From Octopus bimaculoides (Eukaryota): DNA of 38,963 bases. The notes under the pieces were generated by a model. The model was not told the DNA's origin. It did no database searches and was given only the letters and a program-made list of their open reading frames with translations. Shown here piece after piece: positions 21,905-33,061 of the stretch. Numbering within the stretch: position 1 is the stretch's first letter; each line of letters opens with the position of its first letter. The stretch is taken from NCBI RefSeq assembly GCF_001194135.2, contig NC_068992.1, positions 20,125,440 to 20,164,402 of the forward strand, read 5' to 3'. Both the position numbers and the translations under genes were made by a program.

Positions 21905-24299
21905 CGCACACAGTGCTGTGTGTTTGTGTACATGTTGTTTTCTTTCTGTGCACAGTTGTTTTGACGAAATATTAGAATTTTTTTTTCTTTTTTGTTTAAC
22001 AATATGCTTCTCTTATTTCCTTTAGATAACTTTTCTACAATGACTGCCACCTTTCCTGTGCATCACATGTAACACACAGGACATATACCCCTGGCGTAAA
22101 TGCATCACGTATGATACATATAACCACTTTCTTCCAACAGCCAGAGTAACTTAGTAATTATGAAAAGAAAGCTTATATTGCTTAGAATGTATAAAACAAG
22201 GGCTAATTGAATGTCTGAACGAAACATAGACTTTTGGGACACACTTGTCATTTTAGAACGCAATGTATGTGAGTTTTTAAACAATTAATCCAAGTATATA
22301 GTCATATATTTACATTAAAAAAACGACATTATTTTACATTAAATTTTGCTGAGTCCACTTATTTTTGCCAATCTAATGCATTATCTGTTTCAAATGCCAT
22401 TTAAACTCTTCCTTCTAGCAATTCTCTCTTCACAGAAGACAGTTCGAAGATCTTGATATCCTCTCAGCAGTAATTTTATGTTAAGAAACATCTGAATTTA
22501 ATTGAAAATATTTTGACAACTGTCTTATAATGTTTTCTCTTCTTACTATATACACGATTGTCTGTAAGGTTAAAACATTTAACACAAAAAAAAAAAAATG
22601 ATTGAATAGTTTGTCAAGTTATTCTGGGTGAATATCCGATCAATTCATTGACATACAACTGGCTTAATCTAGGATAACGGATTTCTAATAAGTTTAGGCT
22701 GATATATCAAGATTAATTACTTTGCGTAATTGAATTTCGTAGAATTAACAATGTTTGAAAATTTTATTGCATTTCAGTGTGAAGGTTGTGAGTGTTTTCG
22801 TTCATGTCAGCATGTTTGTTTTGCTAAATGAAAATTCAAAATTTAGCAATTTTATGCTTTAAAATAACAATACTCATTGTAGTTTCATTATAGAATATTT
22901 CACAAAACGCTAATTGGAGGTACATTATATATATATATACTTCACTGCGAAAAATTAACTGCAGTTGATAAAAGAATTGGCCATATTGTTTTGATTAGAG
23001 ATTTTGTAGTACTTACACTGTTGGGGTAAAGATACTTCAATAAAGAGAAACATTTTGGCAAATGTAGTAAGGGCAAAGTTGAGTACTGGATATTTCTTTT
23101 GGAATTAACAGTTCTAATACTGTTGAGTTTGTAAACTGTTTACCTTTCATCCTAAATCTGCCGCATAATAAGGGGTCATTAAAATAATTAAGGTAATCTG
23201 AAAATATTTGTTGCATTTCGGAAGATATGCTTTTTATTAAATATTCATAAAAAGGTGTGGCAAATATAATGTTTGGGTGATTGGAATATTTCTAAACGTA
23301 AGGCAAATACGTAAGGTTTCAGATAAATGTATTGCCTGAATTTGACGAATTTTAAGAGAATAATATTTAGGAATACAACGGTAATAATATTGTAATCAGT
23401 CTTTGAAGAAATGTATAAATGATTTTTTACGGTTTCTATTATCTCCAGGGTTTAATTCTGCAATGAAAGTAAACAGTTGCTTCTGTATATTGTCCTTTGA
23501 ATTAGGGGCAATATCGGTTTCAAATGAGATAATATATATTAATACAATTTCCACTGGGTCATTCTTTTCATGCTATCTGTGAACAGAAGATTAAAATGCT
23601 TTAAAGCAGGTGATATTATCATCATAGTGCCTGGCGTTTTCTTTGAGAATAATAATTTCTCATTATGAGGCTTTGCTATTATTTGGTGAAGTCAAAAGCA
23701 TAACTTAATTGTTATCTCGAAATGGAGTAGTAAAATCCTCTACTTCTAGATGACATTTACGAATGTGTTCTTAATTGTATAAGGGAGGATAAGGATCTAA
23801 CTCTGATAACTTACGAGTTATACCACAAATGTATGAAAGTGAGACTTCTTAAGCATAGTTATAATTTCGTCTATGGTGTGTAATGTATAACTTAATGTTA
23901 TATATAATGGCCTTCTTCAATTCATTCATTTACTTCTACTTACATAAAACCATTCCTCAGATATAACTTTCTACTACGGCCTTCTACTATGAACAAACAC
24001 GAGCACATAGATATTTCCATACATACAAGCCACAGGGCTGAAAATGGCTTGCGAGCGTGTTTGACTGGCGACAGAAAACTTAACGTAGCTCGGCATATAT
24101 ATATATATATATANNNNNNNNNNNNNNNNNNNNNNNNNNNNNNNNNNNNNNNNNNNNNNNNNNNNNNNNNNNNNNNNNNNNNNNNNNNNNNNNNNNNNNN
24201 NNNNNNNNNNNNNNNNNNNNNNNNNNNNNNNNNNNNNNNNNNNNNNNNNNNNNNNNNNNNNNNNNNNNNTATATATATTATGTCCCTTTTTTTTTAAAC

Positions 24300-24762
24300 A
24301 GCTTCATGTATTGGTGAATACTCAATGGCATTGGTGAGCATAAAGATTGAAGTCGTATTCGAGAAAAACTTAGCTGACATTGACGACGAGAAATCCCCGA
24401 GAAATCCTTACACTTGTAACGATGGCTCGCGTCGGATACCAAAATGTTGACATCATGACTGCTACTCAAAGCCCTGTGAACATTGCAAAAGATGTAGAAC
24501 AGGCTGCGAAGCCGTGGCCAGTAAGAAGGGAGACTGCAGTCGTTCTGATTGTGTCCGCAAGTAGAAGTTTATCAATCAACTGAAGAACACGTTACTAGAC
24601 GCAATTCAAGGTGTTGGAAACTGGCCAAGCCCTGTCTGGAGAGAGTTGTTGCTGGAAAGCTTTACGTGTGTTAGCAGTATTCGATTCCTTGCTATACGTC
24701 CACATAATTTCTATGACTCCGATTGCAGGCCTCCTAATTCCTATGGGTTACTACCCCATCAT
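24300..24762 (-). pseudogene. Highly decayed DUF4817-type Tc1/mariner transposase N-terminal remnant
   Basis: Minus frames give VIEIMWTYSKESNTANTRKAFQQQLSPDRAWP...RVLQLIDKLLL...TSVRISR/GISRRQCQ/VFLEYDFNLYAH, resembling YxxxxSxxxTRRxF...TIxRLxxKF...SVRRxSxxLGIS...DLxLxxYK. Several frameshifts are needed. Confidence 0.4.
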
Positions 24763-24809
24763 GATCGCAGCCTGTTAACTGTAACAAGTGAAATATAAAC
24801 GATAAAATG

Positions 24810-24812
<3 letters not shown>

Positions 24813-24867
<55 letters not shown>
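24813..24867. repeat. (GT)n microsatellite
   Basis: Direct reading. Confidence 0.97.
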
Positions 24868-24870
<3 letters not shown>

Positions 24871-25530
24871 GGATTGGCTATCAGTTATTCGTACTATGAA
24901 AAATTGCTGAAATAGAATCACATTCGAATCATAGAAGTTACACAATAGTATTAATCATTAATAAAAACCTATACTTCATTTAACAAATTATAATTTTTTA
25001 TTTTCACCTTCTAAATATTGACAAACCTCCTCCACTTAACTTATAAATCATTCTCCAAACATCTAACATAACAACAATATGAAATGGCATTTAAATCCCA
25101 AGCTTAGATTCATTTCATTATTCTCACCAATTTATCGAAATTCTTCAGTTGGAGATTATGTTATAAGCATGTTTTAGTGTAAGATATATTATTTTCCGTT
25201 ACATTTTCTTCTCTACATCTTCTTTTTATCTTCTAAATTTAGATGGATTACATTATACTTATTTCCTTTGTTTCAATACTTTTATTATTAATCAGTCGCC
25301 AAACATACAAAGTATTTTGTAGGCATTTTGGAAACTCAAAATGTTTCTCTACATGACTGATAAAAATAATCGCCTCTTTTTCACAATTCCTTTATCAGAA
25401 GCATGTCTTGTCTTCTTTATTTTATTGCTTTTTTTCCTACATATACCATTCCACTATTATAATAATATGCATATATCTCAATTATTTTAAATTTTACCAT
25501 GATTACTGCAAAATTTTCCATAGAAATTGT

Positions 25531-25617
25531 TAAGTACTAATTTCTTGCTGGAGTCGATCTAATCGACTGGCCCGCCTCCCTAAAAATTTCGGGCCTTGTG
25601 CCTAGAGTAGAAAAAAA
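25531..25617 (+). mobile_element. SINE type B 3' fragment, tail variant 1
   Basis: TAAGTAC...CTGGAGTCGATCTAATCGACTGGCCC...AAAAATTTCGGGCCTTGTGCCTAGAGTAGAAAA. Confidence 0.85.
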
Positions 25618-25621
25618 TATC

Positions 25622-25805
25622 TTTTTCGTCTGTCTTTACGTTCTGAGTTCCAATTCCGACCAGGTCGACATTGATTTTCATCCTTTCGCGATCGATAAAT
25701 TAAGTACCAGTTGCGCACTGGGGTCGATGTCATGGACTTAATCACTTTCGCTGTCCTTGTTTGTCCCCTCTATATTTAGCCCTCCTCTGGTGGACATTAA
25801 ATAAA
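25622..25805 (+). mobile_element. SINE type B, 5'-truncated, tail variant 2
   Basis: TTTCGTCTGTCTTTACGTTCTGAGTTCCAATTCCG...ATCGATAAATTAAGTACCAGTTGCGCACTGGGGTCGATG...TGTCCTTGTTTGTCCCCTCTATATTTAGCCC...TAAATAAAT. Confidence 0.85.
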
Positions 25806-26287
25806 TGAATATATGAATTTATTGATGTAATCAACATTTAGTGAAAGACTGCGTCCACTGCAATTGAACTCAGCTCTAGTTTATTCTTCATAGATGGTTT
25901 TTCATTTCTAATTCATTCCTTTTACCAGATGTCAATTTCTTTCCAGAGTAAATTACTTATATTCGACCATTGAAGCGTTTCTCTCAGTTTGATAGGAAAA
26001 AAATTGTGGGATACATTAGAACCAAAGTATACATCTATCTCCTTGTATTATGTCGTGTTATCTACGAATGAATTATTACCAAGTCGAAATACTAACCCTG
26101 CTGTAACGTAAATATAAGGATGTTAACACCTAAATTAGAGGATACTTCACGATTATGATATCGATTCAGCTTAGGCAAAATATCAAATGCGTTTAAAAGC
26201 AATGGGCATATTTTGTTTATTTTATGATTATTATTTTTTAATTTATGAAATACCTATAAGTTTGGAAAAGTTAAAGCCAACACATAT

Positions 26288-26339
26288 GCATTATAATTAT
26301 GCTAAGTTTATTAGCATTGTAATTATGCTATGTTTATTA
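26288..26339. repeat. 26-bp tandem duplication (2 copies, 2 mismatches)
   Basis: GCATTATAATTATGCTAAGTTTATTA / GCATTGTAATTATGCTATGTTTATTA. Confidence 0.85.
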
Positions 26340-26482
26340 GAGTATGGAAAAGAATCACATTAAACCGGCAAAATGACTATATTACCTTAAAAATTTTGTA
26401 GCCTCACTAGTTCAAGGTAGTAACAATCTGTAATTAAAAAAAGCAATCAATCAATCAATCAGCCAATCAATCAATCAGTTAT

Positions 26483-26671
26483 TTAATCAATCGATCTCGT
26501 CGGGTGGTTTTCCAAGTCAGATATCCAATTTGAGCGATATGTCATAAACGTCTCGCCGAGACTTTGGTCGTATTTGTCTTTCACTGGCTGAAATATCCCA
26601 TCTGTGAGCATCACGAATATGGATAACACTAGTAGCTCACTAACTGAACTGGGTGACCTGGCTGTTGACAT
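26483..26671 (-). CDS. Candidate small ORF (62 aa) with signal-peptide-like N-terminus; unverified
   Basis: True ATG in an AAAATG context. MSTARSPSSVSELLVLSIFVMLTDG|IFQPVKDKYDQSLGETF... is non-repetitive. A possible acceptor TTATTTTAGCAG lies ~65 nt upstream. No homology recognised. Confidence 0.2.
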   Translation of the reverse strand: MSTARSPSSVSELLVLSIFVMLTDGIFQPVKDKYDQSLGETFMTYRSNWISDLENHPTRSID

Positions 26672-26779
26672 TTTGTTATTTCTTCGTCCTCTCAGCTTCC
26701 AGTGATATGGACAATTAATACGTTATGTTCATCTGCTAAAATAATTCTCATTGTCCGTGATCTCAACGAACTGTGGCTC

Positions 26780-26935
26780 GGTTAGTACATCCTATTTAAC
26801 CTATTCTGAAAAAGCTACAACATTGGGTCAGAGGAGACCTGGGGGGAAAAAAAAGAAGTGATTCCAGGCTCCTCAATACTCAGGAACTTCCGAAGCATAT
26901 TCCAACTACCGGATTCAACTTCAAGTCATACCCAA
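26780..26935 (-). mobile_element. Diverged fragment of a retroposon 3' end (RTE-like LINE or SINE)
   Basis: Reverse complement CTTGGGTATGAC...CCCAGGTCTCCTCTGACCC...GTTAAATAGGATGT resembles a recalled octopus repeat (CCTGGGTATGAC...CCCAGGTCCACTCTGACCC...GGTCAAATAGAACTGT). Based on memory only. Confidence 0.35.
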
Positions 26936-28434
26936 GTAATAATAATGATTAGTTATACAAAATTTAATTAATACAGGTATTTTAAGTGACGTATTTGAGC
27001 TACCTGATGTTAACAACTCATGCTAGCCTACTATTTGTATAAAGCATACATACGTGTAGGAACCTTGAACAGTGAGCAATCAACAAATATTATACAACTC
27101 CCACATATTAGTCAAACTTAAAATCCCACCCGAAGAAAATATTTGAAATAAATCAGTTAATTCATGCGGTAATGTGCAAATAGAAAGAATTAAATATTAA
27201 ATGTGCTTTAGGGGAGTAGTATTAAATTAGGATTAACGACACAAAGCAACAACGTAAACAATTTTATTTTTCTTCAGAGTATTAATTACGGAATTTTAGA
27301 TTCTAGTGTGGAATATTCACTATCAATAAGTCTTTGATTTGAAAAGATTAACATCAAATTGATTGATACTCAATACTTTTGATCATGAGATTATACGAGC
27401 TTATAATTGCAAGATTGCATTCTTCAATACTCAAAACTTAATTTTACTGCTCTGCATAGATCTCACAAGTCACCATTAACGTTGATTATTCATATTATTA
27501 ATCATATATTTCACAATATTCCAAACGTGATGGCTGTATATTCCAATTAAAATTTGGTAACAAAACGACGCATACGTTTAAATATATTTATACATATACA
27601 CTGAAGTGTATTTACAACGGGTGATAGTTCTATCTTTCGTTGCTACTAGTTAGTGCCAATGCGCGGAAGAAAGAGCACGCGATAGCAATTTATGTTATCA
27701 TAGAAAGGAAAAATTTTATAACTAAACCAGTTACCTCGTTTCAGATGACAGGAAACGGTATATCTCCATCTTTCCGCCTGTAGTTTTGCCGCGAGATATA
27801 TGATATCTACAACTATGTTAGAGAGGTTGGCATAATAATTTATTTGGTGGGAACGTACATGACATCCGTTGAAGATATGTTTGTATAGGAAGGACAGGTA
27901 ACACTTAATGGTTAAAATAAATAAAATAAAATAAATACTAACAAAATAACGGTTATACAAGGTCATGAATTTTTTCAGTGGATGAAACACCTTGACATTT
28001 TGTGTACTTTTAATGAACTCTTACACGGTGATTTGAACGATAATACCCTACAAGATTTTAACAAATCGCTGTGGCTCCCACATCAGGATAAGATCATAAT
28101 TTGTGACATGAGTGGAATTATGTTTCTCTATTAGGAACGCCAAATCTTAGGTAGAAATATATAATTATGAAAATAATTAACCTCTGCATGAATCAACCAA
28201 GTTTTATACAGAGATGCAAGTACAAAGTATGTAGAGATATATATCTGTTATAATTTAGTATGTCCTAAATTTTTTATTCATTCATTGATTCATAAGTAAA
28301 ATAGTCGAATATAATCAATGCTAATTAAATATATTTTGCATTCATCAAATAACCTATGACTTGCAAGTCTTAATATTCCTGTTTATTGAAAGGGACTTTG
28401 CATACAAGAAAGAATCGTATATTTATTTTAACGA

Positions 28435-28824
28435 GAGGCAAGCATAGCTATGTGGTGAGAAGTCTGCTTTCTAGTCACATGGTGACTCTCACAGAGTGAC
28501 ACGTTGGATATCATTTTCAATAACAACGGGGCGACCAGACACTAGTGAGTAGATTTACTAGAAAGAAACTGAGCAAAACCTACCGTATGTATATCCCTAT
28601 ATCGTTTGTGTTTGTGTGTGTGTGTTTGTGTATGTGTTTGTGTGTGTGTGTGTGTGTGTGTTCTTTGCGTTTGTCCTTGCCCCCGTACCAATTGACAAAC
28701 GATGTTAGCTTGTTTGCGTCCACATAACTTAGTGGCTTGCATAAGAATCCGATAGAATAATTTGCGGGTTTTGAAAAGAGGTTCCTCTGCGTGACCGCAG
28801 TCTAGTGACTGAAACAAATAGATG
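28435..28824 (+). mobile_element. SINE type A, strongly diverged
   Basis: GAGGCA...CTATGTGGTGAGAAG...GTCACATGG...GTGAGTAGATTT...GAAACTGA, a central (GT)n, then TTGACAAACGATGTTAG..TGTTTGCGTCCACATAACTTAG...CCGATAGAATAA...GACCGCAGTCTAGTGACTGAAACAA. Confidence 0.75.
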
Positions 28825-29479
28825 ATATGGTTTGGAAGGCCTTGTATTGCAGTTCACTGCAGAACATAGTACGTACAAGGAAGGTTCATATTTCTGACAT
28901 TAAAAACAAATTGTATTTTATTCAAATTAGTCTTTATTAGTTCTGTGGCTGACATATTGTGAAATATTGTGAACCGTCGATACATCAAGATACAGGCAAA
29001 ATATAAGCCAAAGGCTTTCAGAAAAAGGCAAGTTATATATTTTAAGTCTAACATAAATGATGTTAACTGGAAAAAACGTATGCAAATTGCTCGTCGTCGT
29101 CGAAATCATTACATCAACGACCATTATCACCACTACACTAACTGTTATTGATTGTCACCAACGTCGCTGGTTTCTATAGAGATAATTCCGAAACGACTGC
29201 GACCATCCGATTTTGCCTACTTTCCGCTGACCACACTATGACCTCGGTGACTACTCGCAGACCCTTTAAGGCTGGTCGCTGTCACGATCGTTGTTCGCAG
29301 ATTGCTATGGTAATGCAATGTGGTCATCAGCACCATAACCAACACGGCCCGTATGTGATTTAAATAAAATTTCATGAATGTTCATTTCTGATATAAAGGT
29401 TATCAAATTTATTAATTGTTCGTATTGTATGGAGTCTGCAGCTTTACTATTTTACTAAATTACTATATTTGTATCAATA

Positions 29480-29517
29480 TCTCTCTGTCTCTCTGCCTCT
29501 GTCAGTCTCTTTCACTT

Positions 29518-29574
<57 letters not shown>

Positions 29575-29575
29575 G
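29480..29575. repeat. (CT)n microsatellite with degenerate flank
   Basis: Direct reading. Confidence 0.95.
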
Positions 29576-30607
29576 TATCTGTGTGTGAGAGAGACAGTGC
29601 GAGGTGGGTATTTATATAGGTATGTATTTGTGAGTATTCACATTCATATGCATGATATATTTTGTTTTTGTATAATACCATATACGTTCCACTTCAGAAC
29701 ACATCTTGTCTTTTTCTAAAGGCGATTGTAATAAATGTTGTTTGAAATGTTGTTGATCTCTAGAGGTATAAAACTATAATTATTTCAGACTGATTTTTCT
29801 ATAGAATTGATACAGACAATTTAGAACACAATATGAATTTATTAATGACAGAATCATGAACCTCCCCAGTATGTACAGTGTTTTTCTAAACTATAGGTTA
29901 ATTAAGAAATTTAAAGTAATGGATACTTCATTATTATCGACTATAATCGACAACTTTGCTGCAGTTTCTATAAATATCCTGAAAATTAATAACATAGATA
30001 AAATCGTTTCAGACATATGTCTCTCCAAATTATCTGTCCAGTTCTATATAAATTTTGGCTGATTACTATGTAGTTAATTATTTTGATAGTTATATATTTG
30101 AACGTATTGTTTTCCGTATACAATAAAGAAATTAACTTCCACTCATTTAACAATTTGTGTTAGTAGGCCTGCCAAGAAACAACATTGTATTGCAGCCAAT
30201 GAAGACGAATTTGCACTGTTGGTCACTCTACTAGAAGTAGTAGACAAATTTCTCGAATGTGACAGTTATCTCTGTAAAACGGAAGTGACATGCTGGATCA
30301 CAATCATCTCACATATGCGTGTGTTTTTGTGTGTGTATATATAATTATGTGTATANNNNNNNNNNNNNNNNNNNNNNNNNNNNNNNNNNNNNNNNNNNNN
30401 NNNNNNNNNNNNNNNNNNNNNNNNNNNNNNNNNNNNNNNNNNNNNNNNNNNNNNNNNNNNNNNNNNNNNNNNNNNNNNNNNNNNNNNNNNNNNNNNNNNN
30501 NNNNNNNNNNNNNNNNNNNNNNNNNNNNNNNNNNNNNNNNNNNNNNNNNNNNNNNNNNNNNNNNNNNNNNNNNNNNNNNNNNNNNNNNNNNNNNNNNNNN
30601 NNNNNNN

Positions 30608-30641
<34 letters not shown>

Positions 30642-30648
30642 ACATACA

Positions 30649-30688
<40 letters not shown>

Positions 30689-31092
30689 AATGAAGATGAA
30701 AGTGCAGTGAGAGTGTATAAGATATATTCATATAATATTCATGAACATAACCGGTTTCATATTGCAATGACTGTCACAGAAGCAATATATTTTACGATCC
30801 ATCTTCATAGATAGATATTCATATATAAATTCCCATTACAAAAGGTGAAATTCGAAGTACTGAAAACATTTATCGGGACATATACAAGTATAAAATGGGT
30901 TGTGGAAAAATATATAAAAGATAGATAAACAATTCCTCTACATAACAATTATATATGTATATGTAATTATATTAGTTATTAGTGACAGAAGTATCTTTAT
31001 TACCAAAAGGTGATCTTTGTATCCAACTTAACGGATGTCTTGTTAGAACACCGAAGGCAGTTTGGTGCATATAGCAATCTCGATCGTTGTGT

Positions 31093-31156
31093 GTCATGGG
31101 CGCCCGGATTTCCATATCATGTGGTGTCATTCTATCGCAATCCAAGCACCCATGAC
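31093..31156 (-). other. 64-nt inverted repeat / hairpin (pre-miRNA-like or mini-MITE)
   Basis: 18-nt arms at 31093-31110 and 31139-31156. On the minus strand all 18 positions pair (15 Watson-Crick + 3 G.U). Confidence 0.5.
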
Positions 31157-31539
31157 AAAAGATTCTATATGTGAGCTTTTTTATAAGACCTGGAACAGAT
31201 TTGGTGTAACATTTGGTAAATGACTTCTTCTAGAACTTGAGGTTAACAAGAAACATGTAAAAGAAAATTTCCGCACGAAATACAATCAGACATTTATTCA
31301 CATACAATGTCACATACACAGAAATACACAAGTAGTCGTGTATAGGGGTGCAGAGCTTCTAAATTGTTGCGTTATTTTCAGATTTATTACCTTTGGAAAT
31401 TTTTTTGTAGGAAAATGTATATTATAAATTACTTCCTTTGTTCTTTTATATTCAGGCATAGGCATATATGTACGAAACCATATACACGTAATACTTCTAT
31501 ACATACACATACGAATGCATATATGCAATTATATAGACT

Positions 31540-31612
<73 letters not shown>

Positions 31613-31950
31613 TCATATATATTTATATGTATATATATATATGCACACAAACATACGTTCAACATATATATGTATTAAATGCGCCTAACAAGTATTTAGT
31701 GATTTGATATAATTGCTGTTTGTCATGCAATTTATATGAAACAATCTGCAAACTTTTATGACATGATTTCATTTGGGAATCGTGGAATTTCGCTCGGTTT
31801 ATTTTGTGTATTGATTTAATTTCACCACCAATAATATGGGCTTGACACACCAGAAAAATAGTCTTACAATTTTTTTTATTTAGTCTTACACACACGCACG
31901 CACACAAATACAAACACACACATATACACATATTGTCATGCATATATTAT

Positions 31951-32024
<74 letters not shown>

Positions 32025-32159
32025 ATATACATACATATGCATATACATACATATATGTATATGTATATGTATATTATATATACTACAATATATATTATAT
32101 ATACATATACCTACACACATACACACATATACACATATGTCTTTTTGTACCTGGTTATA

Positions 32160-32885
32160 TGCTGGAGATCTGCCTTCCAGTGTGTCTGGGTCTCCTTGAA
32201 TACTGTTTATATTATTTTTGATGTAGATGGTTGTAGTTGGGAGTTGGAGAGCCGCTCTTCTTTGGACACCCTGCATAATTTTATATTTCTACATAAGATT
32301 TGGCGTTCCCAATAGAGAAACATAATTCCACTCATGTCCAAACTTTCTCTGAAGGCCCACATCTAAATTTCGAAAATCTTTGAGGTTGCTTGGGAGAATG
32401 TTGAATAGTTTTGCATCCGTGAAACCGAAGTTGTTGCAGTATTGGGTCATTATCCGAGATAGAGGAGACAGAATATTTGTTACTATGCAGTGCCGTCGAG
32501 TTCGGTAGATGGTATAGCTTTCAATTCTAAATTAAGAGCTAGACCTTCCAGCATCTTCAATATGTATACAACTGCATATCTTTTACGACTTTCAAGGAGT
32601 CCCGCTTCTTTGTATAGTAGCGTTTGATTACCTCAAGTTTCGTCACCATTTTGACTCTTTGTGGTGACCCTAGCTGGAAGCAGTTTTCCAGACGACTAAA
32701 AACGAAAGTTCTGCATAGAAGTAGCATTGTAAGCCTCTTTCTGGTCCTGAATGATCTCGGGATTCATTTAGCTACCAACCTGCACTTTATTTGTAACATT
32801 TGGTAATATGCACATGGAATGTTGCATCACGTGGATTCTCGGCTTATTCATCGACTCTAACTCTCGGATTGCACTAGCACTGGTC
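32160..32885 (-). mobile_element. CR1-clade LINE, 5'-truncated: C-terminal part of ORF2 (post-RT) plus 3' end, decayed
   Basis: Reconstructed: DATFHVHITK/..KCRLVAK*IPRSFRTRKRLTMLLLCRTFVFSRLENCFQLGSPQRVKMVTKLEVIKRYYTKK/LESRKRYAVVYILKMLEGL/RIESYTIYRTRRHCIV...YCNNFGF..AKLFNILPSNLKD/AFRESLD...VQRRAA. This matches the CR1-type C-terminus (RTF..R..ML.L.K.LV.SRL.YC.QLWSP; RRERY.IIY.WKILEGL; LFN.LP..LR). Confidence 0.88.
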
Positions 32886-32947
32886 CTGTGTATTATAATT
32901 GTAGTAGGGTTTTTGTGTTTATATATGTAGATGTGTGTGTGAATGCG

Positions 32948-33017
<70 letters not shown>

Positions 33018-33027
33018 CATATATACG

Positions 33028-33061
<34 letters not shown>

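Noticed and set aside
29270-29335. CTGATGA...GAAC on the minus strand as a hammerhead ribozyme core (also CTGACGA at 248 and 21168)
   Set aside because: Stem II does not close next to the core and no GAAA/stem III/NUH arrangement can be built.
30196-30709. 23-nt similarity CCAATGAAGA(C/T)GAA..TGCA.TG on both sides of a (TA)n/gap block
   Set aside because: Four mismatches in 23 nt; too short to distinguish from chance by eye.
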